DNA of 63,133 bases, the filler included, from Octopus bimaculoides (taxonomy: Eukaryota): assembly GCF_001194135.2 (NCBI RefSeq). It is 4 parts of 4 records of this genome, joined end to end, with 100 filler letters (N's around TTAATTAATTAA, not from the genome) between each part and the next. Parts side by side here need not be neighbours in the genome. Positions count along the whole stretch, not along the records: positions 1 to 27,994 come from NC_068981.1; positions 28,095 to 49,877 come from NC_068983.1; 2 more parts are not named here. One strand, given 5' to 3'. Positions 26,790 through 38,504 of this stretch are shown here, in pieces. Position numbers and translations under genes: made by a program. The notes beneath the pieces were generated by a model that had not been told where the DNA came from, ran no database searches, and saw only the letters and a list, made by a program, of their open reading frames with translations. How positions within the stretch are numbered: the stretch's first letter is position 1; every line of letters begins with the position of its first letter.

Positions 26790-27180
26790 TTAGTCCCTGA
26801 CCAAAACTGATTCACCAGACTTGCAATCTAAGGCATTCTAGCCATGACCATCCTATCTTTTTAGGAATATATAGGATTATACCATCTAATACGTCTCTTC
26901 TCTCTTATCTTTTTAAGATGCTAGGGCATGATTTGAGGGGAAACTGAAGCTGCTATTTCCAGCTAGTCAAGCAATAATATAGAGGCTCCCTTGTAGGTTT
27001 GCTGTTGTTGTTGTTGTTGTTGTTTAGCCCCAAGGTCGACCTTAATTGAGTGAACTTATACATTAAAAGCTTTCCATAACATGTCCTTTTTAAGTTGGTA
27101 GAGTGTGTTTTGAGGAATCTTTGGCTGCTATTTCTAACAGAGTGATTAACCACGTAGAGTCTCCTTCACTGGCTCATTTG
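26790..27180. repeat. Old interspersed repeat family G (also ~20395-20575, 23745-23940, 62805-62860)
   Basis: Recurring GATTTGAGGGAAA.TTGG.TGCTATTTC.AGC and GACCTATGATCA.AG.CATTCCAGCCATGACC modules; class not determined. Confidence 0.6.
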
Positions 27181-27212
27181 CTCCCTGTATTTGGGATTGG
27201 TGTATTTAATCT

Positions 27213-27680
27213 GGTGGAATTCTGTTTAAAAACACCCCATATAACTTTCATAACTTTTTCCCTTCTTTTTTTAATTTTCAGAAAATTTTTGTGGATTTGT
27301 GTTCTACACATGGGAATTCATACAGTTTTGAAAAAAACAAACATAAAAAATTTTTTGTGTGTGATTTAAGGACTACTTAGCAGTTATTTTTAGTACATAT
27401 TATGATCACCTGATACTCTCCCCTAAACATATTTAATGGTCTATTGCTGGGATTTAATAAAAAATTTGGACTATCCATATTTTAAACTGTGATTTAGAAA
27501 AAAACAAAAATTCGTGAAGTTCAAAAAATTGTTTTTAATTTTGAAAAATAAAAAAAAAAACTTTTTGCTTTCATAGTCATTTATGAATTCCTATGTGTAG
27601 ATTACAAATTTGCAAAAATTTTTTGAAAGTTCCAAAAAATGAAAAAGTTCTGAGGGGTGCTTGAAGCAGAATTCCACCTT
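27213..27680. mobile_element. Long-TIR MITE with TTAA-type ends (Kolobok-like)
   Basis: ~110-bp imperfect TIRs: GGTGGAATTCTG...CTACACATGGGAATTCAT at left, ATGAATTCCTATGTGTAG...CAGAATTCCACC at right; right end CCTTTAA, left TTAA offset by a few bases. Confidence 0.65.
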
Positions 27681-27933
27681 TAATCTATACAGGGTTTAAG
27701 ATGATGGTTTCAGAAAATAGTGAGTAGTTTTTAGTTCAACTAGTTCACTCTGTAAAGTGGCTGGTGATAGAAAGTGCACCTATCTGTAGAAACCAAGCCA
27801 TATACAAGCACTAACCTATGGAAATGATGGCAGCCAATAATAGAAGAATCAGAACATTACAACCCATCCAGCCAATGCCAGTATAATGAATGGACATAAA
27901 ATGCTGCTGCTACTAACACACATACACACACTC

Positions 27934-27994
<61 letters not shown>

Positions 27995-28094
27995 NNNNNN
28001 NNNNNNNNNNNNNNNNNNNNNNNNNNNNNNNNNNNNNNTTAATTAATTAANNNNNNNNNNNNNNNNNNNNNNNNNNNNNNNNNNNNNNNNNNNN
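27995..28094. other. Artificial 100-bp scaffold spacer (44 N + TTAATTAATTAA + 44 N)
   Basis: Six-frame stop linker centred in N; identical at 49878-49977 and 60166-60265. Confidence 0.95.
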
Positions 28095-28333
28095 GTGACA
28101 CAGTGTGACAAGGCTGACCCTTTGAATTACAGGCACAACAGAAACAGGAAGTAAGAGTGAGAGAAAGTTGTGGTGAAAGAGTACAGCAGGGTTCGCCACC
28201 ATCCCCTGCCGGAGCCTCGTGGAGCTTTAGGTGTTTTCGCTCAATAAACACTCACAAAGCCCGGTCTGGGAATCGAAACCGCGATCCTATGACCGCGAGT
28301 CCGCTGCCCTAACCACTGGACCATTGCGCCTCC
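28095..28333 (-). mobile_element. tRNA-derived SINE with distinct body and family B-type tail
   Basis: A box TGGTCCAGTGG, B box GTTTCGATTCCC; 3' part CAAAGGGTCAGCCTTGTCACAC shared with family B; cut by the gap. Confidence 0.75.
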
Positions 28334-28745
28334 CATTTCTATCTAGCTTTGTCTTATCACTCTTATTGCTTGTCGAGCTACCGACTGTCTCACTCCATAA
28401 GCGGATGTTTGTTGAAATAACTGGCTGAATAGAGGCGAATAAATACGACACTTCTGTACGTCAGGGTGAAAGTGAAAAGATCAGGTGACGATATATGACG
28501 GAAGAATTAAAACATTGGGTGTAAAACGTCATTGTGAATTGCAGAAGTAATAAAACAATGTCTAAATGTCAGCTGTGTTTCAGAAAATCAATGTCACTAT
28601 GTCACTAATATGAAAGTATTGGGACATATATGAATCAACATCTCCGTCAGTAAGGAAATGAATACTGAAAAGAAAACTACCCTCGACAACTCGTTGTATA
28701 TGTTTGTATGTATGTATGTATGTATGTATGTATAATAGATACATA

Positions 28746-29507
28746 CCTGGTCTGATCAATAAGTATCCGGACTGTTGCCATAGTAATGAAGTTATAGCAC
28801 CAGAGTGAAGCCGTTTGGTATAGATTGACCTTGAACTCTGCTGTGCATGTGCACTTAGTTTTAATGTTATAGCTCACTTCCGCTGTTTACAACAGTGCTT
28901 GGAGGGAACATGTGTAGCGAGTGATCGTCGCATTGACAATGACAGAGAAAGTTGAGCAGATAATCTGCATCAAATTTAGCCAAAAGCTTGGTGATACCTG
29001 ATTTCAAAAAGTTTTCATCGTTCTCGGCATAATCAAGGAGATCTTGTGCAACCGAAACCTGAGTGTCCTTTCGGTCAGCTGAAAGCACTTTTTGCACAAC
29101 CTTGGCAGACATGCGTCTCATACCCAAATCTTCAGTGATAATGGACTGAACTGAATCGTAACTAATCTACACATTCTCTGATAACTCACGGATGGAGATT
29201 CGACGATTACCCCTCATAGCTGCAGGTATATCTGCAATGTTTATCTCAGTCTCCCAGAACGTTCGTCAATATCGACATTTTTTTCGGCCATCTTGGAAAC
29301 GTCTGAACAACTCACGCGCTTGTGTGCGGCTCATACACTTCCTGCAACTTTGCGTAGGCCTCTGAGCAGGTATCGCCATGACAGCTTTCTCACTCATGGT
29401 CAATGCGACGATCACACTCTACACACGTTCCTTCCAAGCACTGCTGTAACCAGTGGAAGTGAGCTAGAACGTTGCCTTAATGCGTATGCACAGTAGAGTT
29501 CAAGGTC

Positions 29508-29510
<3 letters not shown>
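28746..29510 (-). mobile_element. Non-autonomous mariner derivative with two 5' ends, copy 1 (one terminus lost)
   Basis: TA-CCTGGTCTGATCAATAAGTATCCGG TIR; ~255-bp 5' end inverted against a 5' end carrying transposase N-terminus to ...ENDENFLK. Confidence 0.85.
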
Positions 29511-29560
<50 letters not shown>

Positions 29561-29561
29561 T

Positions 29562-29698
29562 AGGAGTGGCCATATGGTAAGAAGCTTGCTTCCCAAGCAC
29601 ACGGATCCGGGTTCAGTCCCACTATGTAGCACCTTAGGCAAGTGTTTTCTACCATAGCCTCGGGCCGACCAGAGCCTTGTGAGTGGAATATGAAGGGA
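29562..29698 (+). mobile_element. SINE family D head (cut by gap)
   Basis: GGAGTGGCCATATGGTAAGAAGCTTGCTTCCC...GGTTCAGTCCCAC...CCTTAGGCAAGTG. Confidence 0.8.
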
Positions 29699-30291
29699 NN
29701 NNNNNNNNNNNNNNNNNNNNNNNNNNNNNNNNNNNNNNNNNNNNNNNNNNNNNNNNNNNNNNNNNNNNNNNNNNNNNNNNNNNNNNNNNNNNNNNNNNNN
29801 NNNNNNNNNNNNNNNNNNNNNNNNNNNNNNNNNNNNNNNNNNNNNNNNNNNNNNNNNNNNNNNNNNNNNNNNNNNNNNNNNNNNNNNNNNNNNNNNNNNN
29901 NNNNNNNNNNNNNNNNNNNNNNNNNNNNNNNNNNNNNNNNNNNNNNNNNNNNNNNNNNNNNNNNNNNNNNNNNNNNNNNNNNNNNNNNNNNNNNNNNNNN
30001 NNNNNNNNNNNNNNNNNNNNNNNNNNNNNNNNNNNNNNNNNNNNNNNNNNNNNNNNNNNNNNNNNNNNNNNNNNNNNNNNNNNNNNNNNNNNNNNNNNNN
30101 NNNNNNNNNNNNNNNNNNNNNNNNNNNNNNNNNNNNNNNNNNNNNNNNNNNNNNNNNNNNNNNNNNNNNNNNNNNNNNNNNNNNNNNNNNATATATATAT
30201 ATATATATATATATATACAGTGTAGGTATCAGTTAGAGGAGTTTAATGCCTCTAAGGGATAATTAAATCCAAAGTTGTTCCTGGTTATTAC

Positions 30292-30336
30292 CTGGGTAGG
30301 TACAGTCTTTTGTAAAGCTGTACGGTAGCAGGCCAT
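30292..30336 (-). CDS. Weak candidate first coding exon (MACYRTALQKTVPTQ), product unknown
   Basis: ccgaATGG context, 45 nt open, CAG|GTAATA donor, in unique CpG-rich DNA; could easily be chance. Confidence 0.15.
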
Positions 30337-30762
30337 TCGGTTGGTAGACCGTAGTTTAGGTTGTATACGAGAACAAAATGGATGCAAATAACAAGGGGAG
30401 ACTCTTCGTTTTCGCTGGTATGCTTTTAACTTAATTAAATAACAAAAAGAAGGAAGCAAATTAAAGAGATAATCATTAAAATGATTATATCGGTGGCTAG
30501 CGTATAAAAAGTGCCGTATCGGTAAAATTAATTTTTAAGGATATAATTATAAAATATAATAATAATTAATGTCAGTGCCTATACCCTAAAAGTAGATGTC
30601 AAATACCTACAATCGACTCTAATTAGTTCTATATTTATAACCCTAGGTCGGACGCGAGGTAATGGGCAAGAAGAATGCCCATATACATACATACATACAT
30701 ACATACATATATGCATACACACACACACACACAGAACCACACACAGCCACACACACACAGAG

Positions 30763-30826
<64 letters not shown>

Positions 30827-31643
30827 GCTTATGTAGCGTGTCTGGTTAAATGCATGACTAGAAAGCCTTTTCAAGGCGGTGATATTGAGTCGTTCGTACT
30901 TTTTAATGACTTGTCAGGCTGGGAGTGGAAGAAGCGCTTCTCTTAGATATTCGCCAGCTAAATGTTTAAATAGGATGAGTGAGGCTTTCACTATCATATG
31001 ATATCATCATCAGAGCGAAGCGAGGTTATTGGGTTGTGTTACCTAATTAGTTACGGATGAATGGTCATTGAAGAAAAGGTAATAGAACTTCAGGAATGAA
31101 GATCGTGTTGGTTACTCATATACGTTTCACATCATTGTAAGATTTCCATTGGATGTCTAAGGAGGGACATGGAAATTGTCGCGAGTGAAGAGAATTTTAA
31201 TTTTGCTGCTGCTACTACTGCTGTTATTGTAGCTGTTGTTGTTGTTGTTGTTGCTTTTGTTAAGACCAAGACCAGGACAATGTCGTCTTCTAATCAGATG
31301 CCACGCATATAAGTCATATAAGTATTTATTATCCAGCGTTAGCGTATGTCTTAAGGGCGGTTTTAACTGTTATCTTTAGCAAATCACGTAACCGCTTGAA
31401 AGATTCGAATGGCGTGTTTCTCTCTGTGATTATTCATATTTGATCATCTATATATATACATGCAGATACATATACGCATATATATATACTCGGTATGTAT
31501 ATCGTTATCGTCATGCATGTGGTTTGTATGTTTGTTGCTGTGGATTTGTTGGTTTAAGTTTTATAACAATATTCTTATAAGGAGCCATTATTTGGCATTT
31601 TGTGAAAACATATTTCTGTTTACTTAAAAATACTAGATGTACG

Positions 31644-31981
31644 CAGTGGCGGACTGCGTCTAAAAATATTGGTTGCCAGGAGACGAAGGGGGCCCACCTG
31701 CAACTACAAGGAGGCCCACTCGCAACCAAAAGGAGGCCCACCCGCAACAGCAATGCTATCATTTATTCTTTATGTTTCTTGTTAAAAGTATTCTTTTCAA
31801 CTATCTACAAACACAGCCAGGCTGAAAAAATTAATGCATTCATCTAGGAGTGAATAAAAAATTCTCAAACTTGAGTGGATGGGCTCGTTAGATACTAACA
31901 TGGGCCACCATATATAGAATCTAATGGCGCAGGAACCCACTTGTCATCGGGCAAGATGGCAACCTGACCAGTCCGCCACTG
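31644..31981. mobile_element. hAT-type MITE
   Basis: Perfect 13-bp TIR CAGTGGCGGACTG / CAGTCCGCCACTG; 8-bp TSD GATGTACG / TATGTACG (7/8); three ~22-bp subterminal repeats. Confidence 0.85.
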
Positions 31982-31989
31982 TATGTACG

Positions 31990-32275
31990 TATGGCTCACG
32001 ATCGTAAGATAGTGAGTTCGATTCCCGGTGGCGTGTTCTGTCCTTTTGCAAGACACTTCATTTCGCGTTGCTCCAGGCCACTCAGTTGCGAAAATGAATT
32101 GTACCTCTAATTCAAAGTTCCGCCTTGTCACATTCTGTGTTACGCTGAGTCTCCCTGAGAATTACGTTAAGTGTACGTGTGTCTGTGGAGTGCTCAGTCA
32201 CTTGCACGTTAATTTCACGTTAATTTCACGAGCAGGTATTTCCACTGATCGTATCAACTGGAACCCTCGTTGTAT
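31990..32275 (+). mobile_element. SINE family B
   Basis: B box GAGTTCGATTCCC; collinear with 8337-8669. Confidence 0.85.
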
Positions 32276-33952
32276 GTATGACAGGATGGTACATCGCCTC
32301 CATATAGGATATACGAGGTGCATTATGAAACTTCTTGAAACGTTGTGGGCGTGTGACCCTTATAGCAATTATTACGGTGTTTGCAACTTTCATATCGGTA
32401 TATTTGTTGTATATTTGTTGAAGACACAAGTAATTTAGAGATTTGTTTGGTGTTTGGGGAGCGTTTACGTATGACTAGATTTTTTACTTTTATGTTTCTT
32501 TCTCCTGTCATCCGTAACGATATATAGATATATAGATATATCAAGTAACACACACGATCTTTCATAAGAAAAACTCATTCTTTGGTGATCATTCATATGT
32601 CACACTGCGCAACACTGTTAAGACCGTGACTGAACACCATTTACTCCTCGTTTATTATTTCTAACTGATATATATTCTAACAGCCCATTTACCCACTCCT
32701 TATCATTCAGATGATAGTATCTGCTGATAATGGAAATTTAGCCTATCCCTCCTTAATACTTAACTTTTGAACATAAACGTATCTCCTTTCACTATTAAAT
32801 CGCCGAGTCGTTAGAAATTACAAAAGGCTTAAGATTAAATTGCTGAAAAGGCTTCTTAGTTGGTATATTTTACCAGACATGAATAAATCAAGAGGTGTAA
32901 GCAACAACAGTAGCAGCACAATAAACTTTAAGAGAGTTTCGCTGGGCGGAAATGCTGATTTACATTCCTATCCCGTGAAAAGTTTCGACTCATGTCTGCC
33001 TAATGTTGCAGATGCTTGTAGAGAATGGAGCCTCGTAAAAGTTAATATGATAAAGTTAAACGCAACCCCGACTCCGTCATTTTTAGCCTTAGTAGCGTCA
33101 AAAGGAGTGGTTCCTAACCTTTTGAGCATCCTGCCTACTTTTGTAGTTGGCCATTGCTTCTGCATTTTGCATCCTGCGCCCCACATTTTTTTTTTTTGAA
33201 AATTCTTTTTAAATCAAAAGAAGAAAAAATTGAAAAGCATGTATTTAGGCATTTTATTTATAAAATAAGTTTGTAAAAGTAGCAATTATATTCACAACAA
33301 GCTTAAAAACGAAAGTACAAAAAAAAACCCATTATCAAACTCATAAACATAATATAAAATAAAAAAAGAAACGCAATTGAATTTTAAAATTAACAGAACG
33401 AGAAACTATAAAAAATAATTAAAATTCTTGAAAAAAGTAAGATATTATTAACACAAAGTCTAATCAGACACATGTCATTGTTTCTTAACTAAAAGATATT
33501 TAATGCGTGGATGAATTCCAATTAGAGTATAAAGTAAGTTTGCTTCGGCGTTCAGCTTGTTCATTATTTACTCTTTGCTGTAAATGTTGCTTCATTAACA
33601 TATGAGGATCCGAACATCCTCAGAACTCCTAAGAGCGTAATGTAATGGGTTAAATAGAAAGCTACGGTTTCCAGAACGTCTCTATACCGAGTGTTTTCTA
33701 GTTTTCTTTAGTGTGTGAGTTAAATTTCATCAGAGAAACTCTCAGGCTTCATGTTTCTGGAAATTATGTGGCAAATTCTGCCTTAAAACGAATTAGTCTA
33801 TTCTTTGTATTCATATATTGGAGGTTAAGAGAATCATCATTGATAGCATAATCGAAGTTAGGAAACTGGTTCTATTTCCAATTTGAATTCGAGAATTCCA
33901 GAGGTCGACTTTGAAAATGCATGTGAAATCATGATGCATAATTATACTCATT

Positions 33953-34015
<63 letters not shown>

Positions 34016-35180
34016 NNNNNNNNNNNNNNNNNNNNNNNNNNNNNNNNNNNNNNNNNNNNNNNNNNNNNNNNNNNNNNNNNNNNNNNNNNNNNNNNNNNNN
34101 NNNNNNNNNNNNNNNNNNNNNNNNNNNNNNNNNNNNNNNNNNNNNNNNNNNNNNNNNNNNNNNNNNNNNNNNNNNNNNNNNNNNNNNNNNNNNNNNNNNN
34201 NNNNNNNNNNNNNNNNNNNNNNNNNNNNNNNNNNNNNNNNNNNNNNNNNNNNNNNNNNNNNNNNNNNNNNNNNNNNNNNNNNNNNNNNNNNNNNNNNNNN
34301 NNNNNNNNNNNNNNNNNNNNNNNNNNNNNNNNNNNNNNNNNNNNNNNNNNNNNNNNNNNNNNNNNNNNNNNNNNNNNNNNNNNNNNNNNNNNNNNNNNNN
34401 NNNNNNNNNNNNNNNNNNNNNNNNNNNNNNNNNNNNNNNNNNNNNNNNNNNNNTGAGCTTTCTTTTCTTTTCAAACCAGATTGCATAACAAGCATCAATG
34501 GCGCTTCTTCTGTACAGACTCCTACAAGTCCCATGAAAACTTATTCCCACCCACCCCTTCCACCCGCCCCTGCAAAAGAAAATGTTTGCAATTATTTGAA
34601 AAATATCCATTGCTGTTATAAAACTTTATATGGAAAGTAAAAAAAAAAAAAGAAGTACCAAGGATCCTTCTCGAGCGAAGGTAATTTTTCGTTAGGCATG
34701 CTATTTAGAAAATCTCGCGGGCCGCACACGGTTTGGACAAACTGCAGAGCGCAGTCTGTCCATTATTGCTTTAGAGCCTAACAGTTGTACATTACGCATT
34801 GAAGTACTTGTGTATCAGATTTCTGGAGTGACAAAAATCCAAATCGAATATAATCATCGTAACATCTCTCTCTCTCTCTCTGTCTTTCCCTCTCTCTCTC
34901 TCTCTCTGTCTTTCCTTCTATCCTTCTCTTCGTCTTTCCTTCACTCTCCCTCTTTTACAAAATGGGCACCGGAAATCTACGATACGGGAAATAATTATAA
35001 ATTATGGATCGAACAAATCGAAGAAATAGAATTAACGTATATGCCACAAATTGATTATAAACCAGAATATTATCATACAAGACAAAATATAACATCAGAG
35101 ACATTAATTTATTATACACAATTACAAACACGTATCAACCTAAAAAGGAAAACTTCGCGTAGAATTGTCATACGACTAAA

Positions 35181-35520
35181 TTATTACCTCCGCCAAGGAA
35201 GGAGGTTATGCTTTCATCGGTGTTGATTTGTCCGCCTGTCCGTCTGTGTGCAAAATAACTCAAGAAGTTGTGAACGGTATTTGATGAAACTTGCAGAAAA
35301 AATTGGTAATGGCACAAGGAACAGATGATGAAATTCTGGTAGTGATCCGGGAATTTTTATGGATTATTGAAGGATTTTTCATTTGTTATATTTACTTTAC
35401 ATGAACTATTACAATGTTACAGTCTTTGATTACCTCCCTTGAAAACACGTTGATCGTTTCCACGTAACCTATGGTGGCGTTGCTGTTTCCAAGGTTTATT
35501 TTCGTTTCTCTATTAGTAAT
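35181..35520 (+). mobile_element. Non-autonomous Helentron/Helitron2-like element (second 5' end at 35685-35758)
   Basis: 5' end TTATTACCTCCGCCAAGGAAGGAGGTTATG with CCTCC/GGAGG sub-terminal IR, a pattern I recognise from Helentron-associated elements; 3' hairpin not found. Confidence 0.5.
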
Positions 35521-36714
35521 TTTACTCGCGTATCTATCTTAACACTCAAGTTTTAGGTAATTGTTTCTTTTTAGTTGTATGGTGAAACTAGCTTGCTGTT
35601 GTCATTGATGCATTATAACTGCTTCAGATGATTCCTGTTTTTAAAGGTTTTTTTTTTATTAAAAATCATATGGCTGTGTTATTTTTTTTTAACTCCGCCA
35701 AGGAGGTTGTGTTTTTGCCGGCGTTGGTTTGGGAAATTGGGCGATTTTCAGCATGCGTNNNNNNNNNNNNNNNNNNNNNNNNNNNNNNNNNNNNNNNNNN
35801 NNNNNNNNNNNNNNNNNNNNNNNNNNNNNNNNNNNNNNNNNNNNNNNNNNNNNNNNNNNNNNNNNNNNNNNNNNNNNNNNNNNNNNNNNNNNNNNNNNNN
35901 NNNNNNNNNNNNNNNNNNNNNNNNNNNNNNNNNNNNNNNNNNNNNNNNNNNNNNNNNNNNNNNNNNNNNNNNNNNNNNNNNNNNNNNNNNNNNNNNNNNN
36001 NNNNNNNNNNNNNNNNNNNNNNNNNNNNNNNNNNNNNNNNNNNNNNNNNNNNNNNNNNNNNNNNNNNNNNNNNNNNNNNNNNNNNNNNNNNNNNNNNNNN
36101 NNNNNNNNNNNNNNNNNNNNNNNNNNNNNNNNNNNNNNNNNNNNNNNNNNNNNNNNNNNNNNNNNNNNNNNNNNNNNNNNNNNNNNNNNNNNNNNNNNNN
36201 NNNNNNNNNNNNNNNNNNNNNNNNNNNNNNNNNNNNNNNNNNNNNNNNNNNNNNNNNNNNNNNNNNNNNNNNNNNNNNNNNNNNNNNNNNNNNNNNNNNN
36301 NNNNNNNNNNNNNNNNNNNNNNNNNNNNNNNNNNNNNNNNNNNNNNNNNNNNNNNNNNNNNNNNNNNNNNNNNNNNNNNNNNNNNNNNNNNNNNNNNNNN
36401 NNNNNNNNNNNNNNNNNNNNNNNNNNNNNNNNNNNNNNNNNNNNNNNNNNNNNNNNNNNNNNNNNNNNNNNNNNNNNNNNNNNNNNNNNNNNNNNNNNNN
36501 NNNNNNNNNNNNNNNNNNNNNNNNNNNNNNNNNNNNNNNNNNNNNNNNNNNNNNNNNNNNNNNNNNNNNNNNNNNNNNNNNNNNCAAGAATATTTTTTGT
36601 AAACTAATTTTAATTGTAAGAAATTTTTAGAATAATGTTGTAAATACATTTCAGTTTAAATTATCCAAAATATTTCTTTTTTACAAGTCTAGCGTGAAAG
36701 ATACATATTTTTTT

Positions 36715-36925
36715 CTACTCTAGGCACAAGGCCCGAAATGTTTGGGTAGGAGGCCAGTTGATTAGATCGGCCCTAGTACGCAACTGGTACTTAATTTATT
36801 CACCCCGAAAGGATGAAAGGCAAAGTCGACCTCGGCGGAATTTGAACTCAGAACGTAAAGACAGACGAAATACTGCTAAGCATTTCACCCGGCGTGCTAA
36901 CGGGTATGCCAGCTCACCGCCTTGG
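36715..36925 (-). mobile_element. SINE family C (further pieces at 37200-37312 and 39960-40225 minus; 40430-40560 plus)
   Basis: Reverse complement of GGCGGTGAGCTGGCA...GAGTTCAAATTCCGCCGAGGTCGACTTTGCCTTTCATCCTTTCGGGG. Confidence 0.85.
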
Positions 36926-37872
36926 ATACATATTACCCATGCAGGTCATACAGTAACACACAAAAATTGTTAACTAGACTTAAACGTTTGTTATTTGATG
37001 TCAAAAATTTTCGTTGCAACAACCACGACCTGGTCACAGACATGGTCCCATTAACACAAACTCCTTCAATTCTCAATAAAAACAACTTCAAAATTCCTAA
37101 AAGAAAAACCTAACTTCTTAAAATAATCAGAGCAAATGCTGTTGTTTTTCTTTACTAGTTTCAGTTCGAGAGCTGCAGTCATGCTGGAGCATCGACGTAA
37201 AGGATTGAAAATTAAAGTCGATCTCGGCGGAATTTGAACTCAGAACGTAAGACGGACGAAATGCCAGAAAGCATTTTGCCCAGCGTGCTAACGATTCTGC
37301 CAATTCGTCTTAGCATATTTTAATGTCTTGCGCGTTCCCTGACTGGGAGCCTTTATCCTAGAGGCTATGGACAAATACGTTTCTATTAAGAAACAAGAAT
37401 AATTGTTTCAACGGTCGGTTTAATACACGCGTTGTAAGAGACGGCAAAAAATGTAGAGGTGGTAGTCTATTGAATATGGTGAGCCCAAGAAAAAAAAAAG
37501 AAAAAGAAGGAAGGGAAGAGGAACGAAAGGAAGGGGGTAGCCAGATGGATAGAATACATCCATTCACACACACACACACATGCACAGACATCTATCTGTG
37601 TATGTGTGTGTGCGTGTATGTATGCATAAGTATATATATATCTATTTATCAATATGTGTGCATGCTTGATTATCATGTATGTGTGTATGTGTGTGTGTGA
37701 GAGAGTGTGTGCTTATTCGTGTACGTGTGTATGTGTGTGCGTGTCTGTGAGTGTATGTACACGTTTAGACACAATAAGTATCAGACAAAGTATTATTCGG
37801 GTTGATAAAATCGTCTAAATCCCTTAAAGGCGGTGTCCCAGCAAGATTGCCGTCGAATGAAGGAAACAAAAG

Positions 37873-37915
<43 letters not shown>

Positions 37916-38504
37916 GCACGCACGCACATATGACATACACACACACAAATCACACACACGAATACACACACACATATGAGAAAAAGGGGGGAAGCTTAAT
38001 GGTATCACCTTCCACTAATCTCTATTTTGTGGACGTGCTCAACGTTTAGAACCTCTATAGACTCTTCTAAAGGAGACGAGAAAAAGTTCCCACACTTTCA
38101 GACATTCCATCAGTCTAGGAGTGTATATGTTTATGAACGTTAGTGCATGCACGCGTGTTTGTGTATAAGTATGTATGTTTATATTTGTGTGTGTGTGTGT
38201 GCGGGAGGTATGCGTTTGTGTGCGTTTTATTTGTTTCGAAGGGCGTGTACATGTATATCTGTGTGCATGTTTCCGTATGAAATTGTGCGCAAATACATGC
38301 ATGTTTGTATGTATGTATGTGTGTGTATGTATACATGCATGTATGTATGTATGACGTAAATATGCACGTGTGTGTGTACGAGCGTACGTATATATGCTGT
38401 ATGTATGTCATGTTATATATATTCCATCTTTGTACGTATATATCATGTATATGCATGTATGTATGATGTTTGTATCATGTGTGTTTATCTGTAAGTATGG
38501 TATA

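Noticed and set aside
28039-28050. TTAATTAATTAA as a biological palindrome or homeodomain site (three occurrences)
   Set aside because: Always centred in exactly 44+44 N; an assembly linker
33660-33745. Minus-strand CTGATGA...GAAA hammerhead candidate
   Set aside because: Helix III, cleavage triplet and stem I do not fit
22555-34760. Isolated hAT/Charlie-like termini (AAAAGGTTAAAAACCACTG at ~22556; GAGTGGTTCCTAACCTTTTT at ~33107; CGCGGGCCGCAC...TTTGGACAAACTG at ~34715) and a TACGAGGTGC mariner-like end at ~32312
   Set aside because: No matching opposite end or TSD found, so no element could be delimited
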